NCBI GenBank assembly: GCA_002840305.1
Contig: PHAI01000002.1
Location: 10,707-74,706, forward strand
DNA length: 64,000 nt
Reading direction: 5' to 3'
Origin: Candidatus Falkowbacteria bacterium HGW-Falkowbacteria-1
GTDB taxonomy: Bacteria > Patescibacteriota > Patescibacteriia > Patescibacteriales > UBA12465
Both the position numbers and the translations under genes were made by a program. Below, piece by piece: positions 37,298-47,912 of the stretch; position 1 is the first letter of the stretch, and each line of letters starts with the position of its first letter. The notes under the pieces are model-generated. The model did no database searches. It had not been told where the DNA came from and saw only the letters and a list, made by a program, of their open reading frames with translations.

Positions 37298-37414
37298 ATG
37301 GCAAAAAGAGACACTGGTGTTGGTAAACACAAAAAAGCGCATTCTCATAAAACAAAAAAAAGACTAGAAGTTAAACGTTTAATGCTTGAGAAAAAAGCTT
37401 CTAAAAAAAAGTAA
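37298..37414 (+). CDS. Unannotated 38-aa basic protein
   Basis: MAKRDTGVGKHKKAHSHKTKKRLEVKRLMLEKKASKKK; TTGATT-17-TAAGAT upstream; terminator downstream. Confidence 0.65.
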   Translation: MAKRDTGVGKHKKAHSHKTKKRLEVKRLMLEKKASKKK

Positions 37415-37433
37415 TATTTTTTATCTCAAGTTT

Positions 37434-37464
37434 AAAACAACCCTTTTTGAAAGGGTTGTTTTTT
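37434..37464. terminator. Bidirectional terminator
   Basis: AAAACAACCCTTT-ttg-AAAGGGTTGTTTT. Confidence 0.85.
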
Positions 37465-37488
37465 GTTTGCCGTTCAATGTTTCAATTT

Positions 37489-38763
37489 TTAGTTTTGTAA
37501 ATTTATCTTATGTATTTCTTCGCTACTACCGTCAGTAAAAAACAAATTTGACTGATTTTTGTCTATCATTATTGATGAAATATTGTAGTTTTGGTCTGGT
37601 ATTGCTATTAATGTTTTTTGTCCTGTTTCTATGTTGATTTTGTACAAATCATCAGAAGTTACCATTGCTGTTTCTGAAAAAATACCAGAACTATTTTCTA
37701 TATATTTAGGAACAGCACAATAAACCTCAGAGTTACTAACAAAAACACATTTTTCTGCCCATGTTTCCAGTCCTAAGTTTTTTCTACTGGTACCAGTTTG
37801 ATCTCCGTTGGCATTTACAATCCATAAATTTGGTTTTAAGCCATTTTTGGGCGAGCTAACACTGTAAAGTAATTTTTCTCCGTTTTGCGACCATTGTGGC
37901 TGGAAATCTTGACCTTCTACGATTATTGATTTAAAACTCTGTCCGTATTCACCGATAAAAATAACCTCTTTTTTATTAATGTCAAGACTTTTTGTGTACA
38001 TAGCCACTGATTGATTGTTTGGTGACCAATATGGGATTATAGAGTTATTACTTGCCTCTATTTTCTCTAATGACTTAGTTTGAGATCCGTCACTATTTGA
38101 AACCACCAACCAGTTGTTATTAGAATCTGTGCCCAGACTTTTGTTAATCAGTTTTTTGCTATCCGGTGAAAACGTAAAGTCTTCCCAATGGCTAGGTAGG
38201 GTTATTTGTTTGTCGGTGTTAAAATCATAGACTATTTTTGTTTGGTTGGAAAACTCTATTACAGCTTTTGTTTTGTTTGGTGCCCATTCGACATTAGATG
38301 CGTTTTTAAAAATTTTATCACTCAACAAAACTAATTCTCCATTTTCGTTTATTTTATAGAATTGTCCATCATCTTTGTTGTAAAATTGAATAGAGTTACC
38401 GTCTATACTTAAGGTTGGTTTTAGGGTGAGCGAATCAACGATTGTTGTTGTTTGTGTTAGCCCTCCAATAGCTATAGGACTGGCATAATTTGAATCGCCA
38501 GAAACTTGGGCCTCTTGTGGTTTTAAAGCTTGAGGAGCGTCTTCTGATTCTACGATATTTTGTTCGTTGGTATCAGCTATTATTGGTGTTCCGTCGGCCG
38601 AAGTTGGTAAACCATCAAAAATTGCAGTGTCGGAGTTTGTAGTTGTTGGTGACAAAATTGTTGATTGTTTAAAAAATATGCGCCATATCAAAAAACCAAT
38701 AAGGGAAATAAAAACTAAAAAACCGATTACTAAAAATATTTTTTTGATTTTTTCGTTTTCCAT
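37489..38763 (-). CDS. Membrane-anchored TolB/WD40-like beta-propeller protein
   Basis: N-terminal TM segment; WAPN, FSPDS, WSPNN, WSQNG blade motifs. Confidence 0.75.
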   Translation of the reverse strand: MENEKIKKIFLVIGFLVFISLIGFLIWRIFFKQSTILSPTTTNSDTAIFDGLPTSADGTPIIADTNEQNIVESEDAPQALKPQEAQVSGDSNYASPIAIGGLTQTTTIVDSLTLKPTLSIDGNSIQFYNKDDGQFYKINENGELVLLSDKIFKNASNVEWAPNKTKAVIEFSNQTKIVYDFNTDKQITLPSHWEDFTFSPDSKKLINKSLGTDSNNNWLVVSNSDGSQTKSLEKIEASNNSIIPYWSPNNQSVAMYTKSLDINKKEVIFIGEYGQSFKSIIVEGQDFQPQWSQNGEKLLYSVSSPKNGLKPNLWIVNANGDQTGTSRKNLGLETWAEKCVFVSNSEVYCAVPKYIENSSGIFSETAMVTSDDLYKINIETGQKTLIAIPDQNYNISSIMIDKNQSNLFFTDGSSEEIHKINLQN

Positions 38764-39005
38764 TTTTTTATTATATTATAACAAAGAATAATTATTATAA
38801 TATTTGTTTATTTTTAAATTATTGTTTAAATTATAGCATTTTTTTGGATAAAATGAAACTTTTAGTATAAACGTAGCAAAGATTACTCGCCAATCTGTAA
38901 AGTTAATTGAAGATAAGAGCCAATAAAGCATATTCATTTTTTGAGTAATTTATGCTAGAATTATTATATCGGCAAGTTTAGTTATAAAAAATTAATAAAA
39001 AAAAT

Positions 39006-41342
39006 ATGAATGATCAAAATTTTGAACAGTTATCTTCCGATGATTCTAAATTGGTCGGTCCGGGGCCAAAATCAAACAAACTTATATTTTTATTGTTGGT
39101 TGTTTTGGCCATATTGATTTCTTATTCTGTTTTTATCAATGTAAATAGAAATAACCAAGAGGAGGAAGAAAAAGTAGTTATAAATGAGAGTGATATAATA
39201 AAAGTAGAAGATAAAAAGAGCGAAAATACCGTTGTTTTGTCGAATTTTGCAAGTTATAGTGAATTTCCGGTAAATATAAATCCAAAAGTTCTGGCATATT
39301 CGGTTGGTCAAAATTTAAATAATATTTCAAATTCTAATGACTTTACCTTTTCTTCGCCTGAAAAAAGCCAATTAATCAAAAATGCTTTTTTTGTTCGCCC
39401 GGCTTATTATGATGAATTTTTTCAACTCTATGAAAATAATAGATATGGTTATGTTCCGAGTTTTATTACTACTGACTCCATTCTTCATAATTATCATTTA
39501 ATGTTTGCTTATTCGCTTAAACAGTTGGAGGAAGAGAAGTTAATTCCTGAAGTAAAAAAACTTAGCTCTCAAATGCTTTCCGATTCTACAAATCAATACA
39601 AGATTTTAAAAGGAGGTGATTGGGAGAATGCCGCCAAAAGAAATGTAGGGTTTTTCTCGGTTGGAGCTAGTATTCTGGATCCATCTTTGAATGTTGATTC
39701 GATTGTAAAGAACAACGTTGAGCGAGAGTTGGTTTTTATAAATGATCATCAGGGAATTGAAAAATCTCCAGTAATGAATATTGGTAGTGAAAACGGTGTT
39801 ATTATTGATACCCCTCAAGGGCCGCAAGAGTTGGGCAGTATTATGGAGGACTACTCCCAATATATTCCTAGAGGTCACTATGATAAAAATGAAGAATTAA
39901 GAACTTATTTCAAATCAATGATGTGGTATGGTCGTTTATCTTTTAGATTAAAAAATATTGATGAAGTGAAATCGGCTGTACTTATCACACTCTCTCTTAG
40001 TGAAAAGGAAAATTATGATAGTTGGAACAAGATTTATGAACCAATAAACTTTTTTGTTGGTAAGAGTGATGACATAACTTATTATCAATTTAAAGATTTA
40101 CTGGGACAGGTTTACGGACAAAATTTTAATCTTGAGGATGTTATAGCTGATGACGATAAGCTTGAAGTATTTGTGAATTTAGTTAAAAAGTTAGACCCAC
40201 CACAAATAAACTCAATGCCTATTTTTGAAGCCTCGATTCAAGCTGATAGAAATGCAGAGATTATGGGTTTTCGTTTTTTAGGACAAAGGTTCACAATTGA
40301 TGCCTCTATTTTTCAAAGACTTATTTATAGAGAAGTTGGAGATAAAAGCAAGTCTTGCCAGGACTATAAGCCAGAAGAAAGCTCTTGCTTGTCTGGCGCT
40401 AGATGTCTACCGAAAGGATTGGACATCCCAGCTACGATGGGCTCGAAAGAGGCTTCTAGTATTTTAGAACGATTAGGTGAAGCCAGTTACGCTTGTTATC
40501 AGGAGAATATGAGTAAAATGCAGTCTTATCTTGGTAATTTACCAATTAATACCTGGACACAAAATTTGTACTGGTCTTGGTTGTATCAGTTATTGCCTCT
40601 TCTTAGTGAAAAAACTGATGGATATCCTTCTTTTATGAGAAATAATGCTTGGTTGAGAAAAGATTTGAACACTTTTTTGGGAAGTTTTACGGAATTGAAA
40701 CATGATACGATTCTTTATGCCAAACAAGTATATGCCGAGCTTGGGGCCGGAATGCCAGAAGAGCGAGATGATAGGGGCTACGTGGAGCCAAATCCTTATG
40801 TTTATTCTCGGTTAGCCTCGCTTTTAAAAATGACCAGAGAGGGGCTGGAATCTCGTGGAATCTTAGATATAGGTATGAAAGAGAATTTTGCTAGAATGGA
40901 AGAATTGGCGTTGTCACTTAAAGTTATAGCAGAGAAGGAATTGAATGGAGAGAAAGTAACGGACGATGAGTATGAAATTATTCGTTCTTACGGAGGTCAA
41001 TTAGAACATTTATGGATTGAAGTTAATAAAAACGAACAGCAATATAAAGAATCATCAAGCCAAAGGGATTATTTAGATGAAAATCCAGCCGCTATAGTTG
41101 CCGATATCGCTACCGATCCAAATGGACAGGTGCTTGAGCTTGGTACTGGCAAAATTTTTGAGATTTATGTTGTAGTTCCGATTGATGGAGAGTTAAGGAT
41201 AGCCAAGGGTGGTGTTTATTCTTATTATGAATTCTCATGGCCGATGTCAGACAGATTAACTGATAAAAAATGGCGAGAAATGATTGATACCGAGCAAACA
41301 CCAGAATTACCTCAGTGGACCGATGTTTTTATAGTTAAATAA
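39006..41342 (+). CDS. DUF3160-like membrane-anchored protein
   Basis: FITTDSILH, DYSQYIPRGHY, ELKHDTILYAKQ, GYVEPNP, RLTDKKW. Confidence 0.85.
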   Translation: MNDQNFEQLSSDDSKLVGPGPKSNKLIFLLLVVLAILISYSVFINVNRNNQEEEEKVVINESDIIKVEDKKSENTVVLSNFASYSEFPVNINPKVLAYSVGQNLNNISNSNDFTFSSPEKSQLIKNAFFVRPAYYDEFFQLYENNRYGYVPSFITTDSILHNYHLMFAYSLKQLEEEKLIPEVKKLSSQMLSDSTNQYKILKGGDWENAAKRNVGFFSVGASILDPSLNVDSIVKNNVERELVFINDHQGIEKSPVMNIGSENGVIIDTPQGPQELGSIMEDYSQYIPRGHYDKNEELRTYFKSMMWYGRLSFRLKNIDEVKSAVLITLSLSEKENYDSWNKIYEPINFFVGKSDDITYYQFKDLLGQVYGQNFNLEDVIADDDKLEVFVNLVKKLDPPQINSMPIFEASIQADRNAEIMGFRFLGQRFTIDASIFQRLIYREVGDKSKSCQDYKPEESSCLSGARCLPKGLDIPATMGSKEASSILERLGEASYACYQENMSKMQSYLGNLPINTWTQNLYWSWLYQLLPLLSEKTDGYPSFMRNNAWLRKDLNTFLGSFTELKHDTILYAKQVYAELGAGMPEERDDRGYVEPNPYVYSRLASLLKMTREGLESRGILDIGMKENFARMEELALSLKVIAEKELNGEKVTDDEYEIIRSYGGQLEHLWIEVNKNEQQYKESSSQRDYLDENPAAIVADIATDPNGQVLELGTGKIFEIYVVVPIDGELRIAKGGVYSYYEFSWPMSDRLTDKKWREMIDTEQTPELPQWTDVFIVK

Positions 41343-41347
41343 AATAA

Positions 41348-43102
41348 ATGAAAGGGAGAATTGTTTGGGTAATACTATTTTCTGTTCTCGGTATTTTTAT
41401 AGCCATTTTTGAGAGTGACAAGGTTTTCGATTTTTCTGTTCTTAGTTTTTCAAAAGACGGGAGCACAAACAAACAGGAGGAAGTTAAAAAAAATTTTTTA
41501 ACATTTTTAGAACAGAAAAAGAAAATTACTTCAGTAGACGATGGGGTTTCCTTGATTGCAGTTGGCGATATTTCTTATTCGCGTGGAGTAGAAAGAATGG
41601 TTAAAGCAAAAGGGGATATTAATTATCCATTTTTAGAAATAAAAGACTATTTAAAAAATTCCGATTTAGTTTTTGCTAATTTAGAAACACCAATTACGGA
41701 GGGAAGGGAAATTTCTGATTTTGAAATGGTTTTTAGATCAAATCCTGGGACGGAGCAAGCTTTAAAAGATGCCGGTTTTTCTATTATGTCTTTGGCCAAT
41801 AATCATACTCCTAATTTTGGAGAAAGAGGTCTTCTCGATACCTTTGCATGTCTTGATAGAGTTAATATAGTTTATTCTGGGGCTGGAAAAAACAACGAAG
41901 AGGCCGATGCTCCGGTTTATATAGAAAGAAAGGGAATAAGGTTCGCCTTTCTTTCTTATAACGATTTTGATGTTGTGCCTGCTTATTATGAGGCTAGTGA
42001 AAATAGGGCCGGAACAGCCTTCATGAGAATTGAAAAAATGAATGAAAATGTAAAAAAAGCGAAAGAGAATAGTGACTTTGTAATTATTTCTATGCACTCT
42101 GGTACGGAATATGTTGATAATCCAAACAATTCACAAATAAATTTTGCACATTCTGCAATTGATGCTGGTGCTGATATGGTTATCGGACACCATCCTCATG
42201 TAGTTCAAACAGTGGAAGAGTATAAGGGTAAGTTTATTTTTTATAGTTTGGGTAATTTTGTCTTTGATCAATCTTGGTCACAAGATACGACAGAAGCTTT
42301 GTTAGTTAAAATATACTTCACAAAAAATGGAATTAGTAAAATTTCTTTTTTGCCAGTAGTTTCTGATAATTTAGTCCAAGTAAAGGTTGCCGACAGAGAA
42401 GAGGCTAAAAAAATAATAACAAGATTAAAACTTTCTTTAGATGAAAGTTTTCTTTATTTTTGGAATAACGGAAAAGGTGATTTCGAAAAAGAAACCAGGA
42501 GTGTGATCTATCAAAAAGAATTGGTTAGCAAAAATATTTTTTCAAAAGAAGAAAGTGCTGATTTAGATAATGATTCTGTTTTAGAAAAATATATATTAGA
42601 AAATGGTGTTATTAAAGTTTTTGAAATGGGCAATTTTATTTGGCAATCTCCAGTTGATTGGTGGGTAGATGATTTTGCCCTGGTTGATTCTGATAATAGT
42701 GGAAATTTAAATTTAAACTTATCTTTATGGAAGGAGGGTAATTTTGGAAGCTCCAAGCCTTTTTGGATAAAAGAGAACGACATGAGTATAAAAAATCATT
42801 TTTTTATTTATGAGTTTTCTGTTGATAAAGAATTCAAGCAAGTTTGGTCTTCTTCCAACCTTGCCGTGCCTAATTGTGAGTTTAAAATTGGTGATGTGGA
42901 TATGGACGGGAAAAATGATTTAATTGTAATTGAGGGAAGCTATTTAGATGATTTTTCGTGTAAAGGAAATTACGTTGCTGTTTGGAAGTGGAATTCATGG
43001 GGTTTTTCAAACGAATGGAGGTCCGAAAGTGGTGTTTTTTCAAATTTAGAGCTGGAAAAAAACAATAATGAAACTTTTTTTACAGTTGACTTTTCGAGAT
43101 AA
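41348..43102 (+). CDS. CapA-family metallophosphoesterase-fold protein with extra C-terminal domain
   Basis: VGDI, NLE, LANNH, MHSG, GHHPHV, YSLGNFVFDQ; C-terminal DxDxDG motifs. Confidence 0.88.
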   Translation: MKGRIVWVILFSVLGIFIAIFESDKVFDFSVLSFSKDGSTNKQEEVKKNFLTFLEQKKKITSVDDGVSLIAVGDISYSRGVERMVKAKGDINYPFLEIKDYLKNSDLVFANLETPITEGREISDFEMVFRSNPGTEQALKDAGFSIMSLANNHTPNFGERGLLDTFACLDRVNIVYSGAGKNNEEADAPVYIERKGIRFAFLSYNDFDVVPAYYEASENRAGTAFMRIEKMNENVKKAKENSDFVIISMHSGTEYVDNPNNSQINFAHSAIDAGADMVIGHHPHVVQTVEEYKGKFIFYSLGNFVFDQSWSQDTTEALLVKIYFTKNGISKISFLPVVSDNLVQVKVADREEAKKIITRLKLSLDESFLYFWNNGKGDFEKETRSVIYQKELVSKNIFSKEESADLDNDSVLEKYILENGVIKVFEMGNFIWQSPVDWWVDDFALVDSDNSGNLNLNLSLWKEGNFGSSKPFWIKENDMSIKNHFFIYEFSVDKEFKQVWSSSNLAVPNCEFKIGDVDMDGKNDLIVIEGSYLDDFSCKGNYVAVWKWNSWGFSNEWRSESGVFSNLELEKNNNETFFTVDFSR

Positions 43103-43184
43103 ATTTAATGAGATTAATTATTGTTTTACTTCCGTTTCTTTTTAATATATAATTGTTTAATATTTATAAATTAATTTTAAATCC

Positions 43185-43535
43185 ATGAAAGAGGTTCAAG
43201 AAATTTTTAATACGATACAGGCTCGTCAAAAAGAACAAAAGACAATAAGGGGAATGTATAGAGATGTATTGGCTAATTCTCAAGAATATCAAAGCATATT
43301 AGAAGAATTGGAAGTTTTAAAAACTAAAAAAAGAAAGACCCTGGAGGCCTTAAAAATGGATTTAAGATCGGAGATGGATGAATTAGATAAAATAAAAAGT
43401 GACATTGATTCTGAAAAAGAATTATTGAGTCATGCTACCTTGAGTAAATTAATAAAAGGGGAGCAACTTGAGATAGTCGACGAGAATAATAATAAATATG
43501 AACCAATATTTAGTGTTCGCTTCAAGAAATTTTAA
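43185..43535 (+). CDS. Hypothetical coiled-coil protein
   Basis: 116-aa ORF. Confidence 0.7.
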   Translation: MKEVQEIFNTIQARQKEQKTIRGMYRDVLANSQEYQSILEELEVLKTKKRKTLEALKMDLRSEMDELDKIKSDIDSEKELLSHATLSKLIKGEQLEIVDENNNKYEPIFSVRFKKF

Positions 43536-43574
43536 ATTTTTATATTGTAGAAGCTTTTAGTCTTTTTATATTTT

Positions 43575-44075
43575 TTAACTAATATTCAAAATTTTGTATA
43601 TTTTTGTTCCGCCGTTTATTAGGAGTTTTATTATATCTCCTTTTCTTTTGTTAATTAAAGCATTGCCCAGAGGAGAACTGTAAGATATAAGTCCCTTACT
43701 TGGGTTAGTCTCTAGAGATCCCAATATTTGATACTTTTTAATTTCTCCTTCAATTTCTAATTTTACCAAACTACCAATCTCGATTATTTCGCTGTTTTCT
43801 TTTGTTTCTATTATTTCGGCTCTATTCAAAAGATCCTCTATTTTTGTTATTTTATTGTTTGTTCTTCTGAGATTCTGTTTGGCCATTTGATAACCGGCAT
43901 TTTCAGAGTAGTCACCAGTGGTTGAAAGCTCTTTAACTTCCTTGCTCTCCGTTGGTCTTATTTCATTTTTGAGCTTGCTGAGATTATTTTGCAAAATTTG
44001 ATATCTTTTCAGGGTAATCTTCGGATCACTTTTGCTGATTGGTATTTTGTCATTTTTTCTAATTGGGGTTCTCAT
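43575..44075 (-). CDS. greA: Transcription elongation factor GreA/GreB family
   Basis: GDYSENAGY, ISYSSPLGNAL. Confidence 0.88.
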   Translation of the reverse strand: MRTPIRKNDKIPISKSDPKITLKRYQILQNNLSKLKNEIRPTESKEVKELSTTGDYSENAGYQMAKQNLRRTNNKITKIEDLLNRAEIIETKENSEIIEIGSLVKLEIEGEIKKYQILGSLETNPSKGLISYSSPLGNALINKRKGDIIKLLINGGTKIYKILNIS

Positions 44076-44089
44076 TTTTTTATATAATT

Positions 44090-44779
44090 TTAATTGTTTA
44101 ATTCCTTTTCTTCTTTTTCTACTTCTTTAATAGCAGTTCTTCTAACCTTTTGCAGATGTATAAGAGAGAAAACAATCAAGCCCCCCAAAAATATTCCAAG
44201 AACGTTCATCAAAAAGAACATTGATACATGTGACAATAGTTCTAAGTTGAAACTAGGAATAATCAATCCTATTGATGTTAGAGGCGGAATTATTGTTACG
44301 GCGATTGCTATTCCTGATAGATAATCTTTTGAATTTGTTCTAGTCCAGGCATAACTAGCGGTTATTCCAGCGGTTAGGGCTATGGCAAAAGTTAACCAAG
44401 AAATGTTCATTTCTTTTATAAGGAGTATTTCTTCTACGTTTATATTAAATACTGTTCCGACAAGTGTTGAAACAAAAACGGCTACAAATAAAGATAAAGC
44501 AAAAATTTTAAAAGATCGCCAGAAGACTTTAAAATTTGTAATAACGCAACCGAGAGATATGGCCAGTATCGGTGACAAAAGTGGAGCAACTATCATACCG
44601 GCTATTACCAGTGCCAGATTGTCAGCTATCAATCCTAGCGATGTTATAATGGACGATAAAGAGACCATTAAGTAAAAATCAAGCTTTGGAGCGCTGGAGT
44701 CAATGATGCTTGAAATAAACGTCTTTTTGTTTTCCTTGCTAATGTCCCTCACTCTAATTATTTCTCTAAAATTTATCAT
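44090..44779 (-). CDS. DUF389/TIGR00341-like membrane protein
   Basis: VIAGMIVAPLLSPI, GIAIAVTIIPPL. Confidence 0.82.
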   Translation of the reverse strand: MINFREIIRVRDISKENKKTFISSIIDSSAPKLDFYLMVSLSSIITSLGLIADNLALVIAGMIVAPLLSPILAISLGCVITNFKVFWRSFKIFALSLFVAVFVSTLVGTVFNINVEEILLIKEMNISWLTFAIALTAGITASYAWTRTNSKDYLSGIAIAVTIIPPLTSIGLIIPSFNLELLSHVSMFFLMNVLGIFLGGLIVFSLIHLQKVRRTAIKEVEKEEKELNN

Positions 44780-44923
44780 ATAATTTGTTTGTTGTTGTTT
44801 AGTTTTATAAGTTCATTTTATAGTATTTATATGTTTTTATCAAATAAAGAGGGTTTAATTTTACTTTTTTTAAAATTAAGCTATAATATTATCATCTAAT
44901 AAACAAAATTAATATATAAACTT

Positions 44924-46720
44924 ATGCTCAGAACGCATACCTGCGGCGAATTAAATGAAAAAAATATTGGCGAAATAGTAGTTTTATCGGGTTGGGTAAA
45001 TTCTTGTCGAGATTTAGGATCTCTGATTTTTATTGATTTACGCGATAAATATGGCCTGACTCAAATAAAGTTTGATTCTACTGTTGGTGATAAAAATATT
45101 TTTAATATTTTAAAAGATATAAAAAATGAATGGGTTTTGCAAATAGAGGGAAAGGTTGTTGCGCGTAGCCCAGAAACCACAAATACCAAAATTTTTACCG
45201 GTCATATAGAGCTGGAAATAGTAAGCATTACTGTTTTGAATAGAAGTCTTGTCTTGCCTTTTGAATTGAACGAAGAAAGGGGAGGAGAGGTTAATGAAGC
45301 TCTTCGTTTAAAATACAGATTTTTAGATTTAAGAAGACCAAAGTTACAACAAATGTTAAAGACCAAAGATGAGATAATCAAATATACCCGAGCTTATTTT
45401 CATAAGCTAGATTTTACAGAGATCCAAACTCCAATTTTAGCCAACTCATCACCAGAAGGTGCTAGAGACTTTTTAATTCCTTCTAGAATATATCCAGGGA
45501 AATTTTTTGCCTTGCCTCAAGCCCCACAACAGTTTAAGCAACTTTTAATGGTTGGTGGAGTCGATAAGTATTTTCAAATTGCTCCTTGTTTTCGCGATGA
45601 AGATCCTCGTATGGATAGACATTATGGAGAGTTTTATCAATTAGATATGGAGATGAGTTTTGTTGAGCAAGACGATATTTTTAAAATAATGGAGCCTCTA
45701 ATGATTGAGTTAGTTGAAAAATTTAGCAGCAAAAAGATAGTCAATTTAATGGAGAATGGTCGCTTTGAAAAAATCTCATGGACCGAGTCTATGAATCGCT
45801 TTGGCTCCGATAAGCCAGATTTACGTTTTGCCTTGGAGATTAAGGACCTTTCTGAGATATTAAAAGATTGTAATTTTGCTATTTTTCAAGATCAAATAAA
45901 AGATGGTGGTTTTGTGAAGGCTTTCAATGTTAAGGGAGGCGCTTTTTTTAGCAGAAAAGAGATTGATTTGGTGATTGAAGAGGCCAAGAAAAAAGGCTTA
46001 AAGGGTTTGTCTTATATAGTTCTAAAAGATAATATTATTCAATCTTCACTAAGTAAATTTTTAACGGAAGACTTAATAAATAAAATAGTAGCAGAGTGCT
46101 CGGCTTTAGATGGTGATATAATTTTTATTGCTGCCGATAAATGGAGAGAGCTTTGCGGGGCCATGGGTCATTTAAGGTCTTATTTGGCTGAAAAAATGAA
46201 TTTAAAAGATAATAATTTGGCTGCTTTTGCTTGGATCGTTGATTTTCCGATGTACGAATATTCAGAAATAGAAGATGGAAGAATAGACTTTGGGCACAAT
46301 CCTTTCTCTATGCCTCAGGGAGGAATTGAGGCTTTAAATAGTCAAGATCCTTTGTCTATTTTGGCATATCAGTACGATTTAGTGTTTAATGGTTTTGAAA
46401 TTTCTTCTGGAGCAATAAGAAATCATGATCCAGAAATCATGTATAAAGCTTTTGAGGTGGCTGGTTATTCAAAAAAGGAAGTTGATGAAAAATTTTCAGC
46501 CATGATTAACGCCTTTTCTTATGGTGCACCACCTCATGGTGGAAATGCTCCAGGTCTAGATCGTATAATTATGGTTTTAAATGATTGGAGCTCAATTAGA
46601 GACATTTATGCCTTTCCAAAGGATAGCAGGGGCAAGGATTTAATGACTGGAGCTCCTTGTGAAGTTGATAAAAAATTGTTAGATGATTTAAGTTTGATTT
46701 TAAAAAAAACCGAAAAGTAA
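44924..46720 (+). CDS. aspS: Aspartate--tRNA ligase
   Basis: MLRTHTCGEL, PEGARDF, FQIAPCFRDED, GAPPHGG. Confidence 0.98.
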   Translation: MLRTHTCGELNEKNIGEIVVLSGWVNSCRDLGSLIFIDLRDKYGLTQIKFDSTVGDKNIFNILKDIKNEWVLQIEGKVVARSPETTNTKIFTGHIELEIVSITVLNRSLVLPFELNEERGGEVNEALRLKYRFLDLRRPKLQQMLKTKDEIIKYTRAYFHKLDFTEIQTPILANSSPEGARDFLIPSRIYPGKFFALPQAPQQFKQLLMVGGVDKYFQIAPCFRDEDPRMDRHYGEFYQLDMEMSFVEQDDIFKIMEPLMIELVEKFSSKKIVNLMENGRFEKISWTESMNRFGSDKPDLRFALEIKDLSEILKDCNFAIFQDQIKDGGFVKAFNVKGGAFFSRKEIDLVIEEAKKKGLKGLSYIVLKDNIIQSSLSKFLTEDLINKIVAECSALDGDIIFIAADKWRELCGAMGHLRSYLAEKMNLKDNNLAAFAWIVDFPMYEYSEIEDGRIDFGHNPFSMPQGGIEALNSQDPLSILAYQYDLVFNGFEISSGAIRNHDPEIMYKAFEVAGYSKKEVDEKFSAMINAFSYGAPPHGGNAPGLDRIIMVLNDWSSIRDIYAFPKDSRGKDLMTGAPCEVDKKLLDDLSLILKKTEK

Positions 46721-46732
46721 AAAATAAATAAA

Positions 46733-46762
46733 AAAAGGAAGTATTGTTTTTTGCTTCCTTTT
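46733..46762. terminator. Bidirectional terminator
   Basis: AAAAGGAAG...CTTCCTTTT between convergent genes. Confidence 0.65.
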
Positions 46763-46777
46763 AAATTATTTTCAGTT

Positions 46778-47296
46778 TTAAATTATTTTCCGTATCGAAT
46801 AATAAATTATTACCAATATTTCTCGGAAAATAAAGAAGAATCTTCTTCGTGTCCAAAATTGTTTGGACCTTTTGTCATATGGCACCATATTGGTGTTGAC
46901 AATGACGGTCTCGAGCCTCATTTTTTTAAGTGTTTTATTTACTCTCCAGGCATGGTCAGGATGCGCTACTATAGCTATTTTTTTCCAATCATTTTTTAAG
47001 CAAACTTCATTTGCTTGTTTGCAAACTTCATAAGTATCCAAATATTTTCTATTTTTTTTGATTATGTTTAAAAAATTACTATGCAAGCATTCCGCGACTT
47101 CTCCTTGCAGAATCGGAGGGATTGCCTGTCTTGAGATTATTTTTAACACAATCTTGGATAAATATTTATTGCTGAGACTATTATTTGATCCGAAAGAAAG
47201 AGAGATTATTGCCTGACAAGAATAAACTTCCTCAAGAGACCCATATTCTTCATTTCTATTTTTAAGAAATGCAAGAAATTCTAGGACTTTTTTCAT
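46778..47296 (-). CDS. YdcF/DUF218-like protein
   Basis: LDTYE...IVAHPDHAWR...FREIL pattern. Confidence 0.55.
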   Translation of the reverse strand: MKKVLEFLAFLKNRNEEYGSLEEVYSCQAIISLSFGSNNSLSNKYLSKIVLKIISRQAIPPILQGEVAECLHSNFLNIIKKNRKYLDTYEVCKQANEVCLKNDWKKIAIVAHPDHAWRVNKTLKKMRLETVIVNTNMVPYDKRSKQFWTRRRFFFIFREILVIIYYSIRKII

Positions 47297-47421
47297 TTTT
47301 TAAAGAATTGGTTGCTGTTATTTTACCATTTGTTTATTTAATTGTCAATAAATAATTTGACTTTTTTCATAAAACAGCCTATTATTAATTTGAGTTTTGG
47401 TTCTTATTAATAAAAAACAAA

Positions 47422-47724
47422 ATGACAGAAGAGTTTATTTTAGAAGAAGATTTTGTTGAGTTAAGCTGGGGAGAACTTATTGAACTATTTGTATTTTTTT
47501 CTCAATTACTAAGCTTCTTTCTGATCTTTTCTTTTATTTTTCTTCCATTTTTTCCTTGGTTAGCCAAGGGGCTGATACTTTTAATCGCGATCTTCTCTTC
47601 AATGGGGAGCGTTGGTTCTTTTTGGTTAAGGGGCAATTTTTTTCCGAAATTTTTGTGTTTTTTTACCTATTTTTTATTAGCTTCATTTTTTTGGTGGAGT
47701 TACTGTAATTTTTCTTATTGCTAA
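47422..47724 (+). CDS. Hypothetical membrane protein (3 TM)
   Basis: Hydrophobic 100-aa ORF; TTGACT-17-TATTAT at 47357; hairpin near 47745. Confidence 0.6.
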   Translation: MTEEFILEEDFVELSWGELIELFVFFSQLLSFFLIFSFIFLPFFPWLAKGLILLIAIFSSMGSVGSFWLRGNFFPKFLCFFTYFLLASFFWWSYCNFSYC

Positions 47725-47912
47725 AAATCTTACCAGAAAGGGCAAATCCTCGGACAAATGTTTGGGGATTTTTTATTTTTATTTCATGGATTGTTTCAAA
47801 TTGTTGAATTAAACTTTTCTCATATTGACAAAAAACAGATTTTTATATACTATCTTGTTATTCAAGTTTTTTGACAAAAAATAAATTCACTTTTACTAAA
47901 AAAACCGATCAA

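Noticed and set aside
38881..38897. GATTACTCGC shared with the 58916 element
   Set aside because: A 10-nt match is expected by chance
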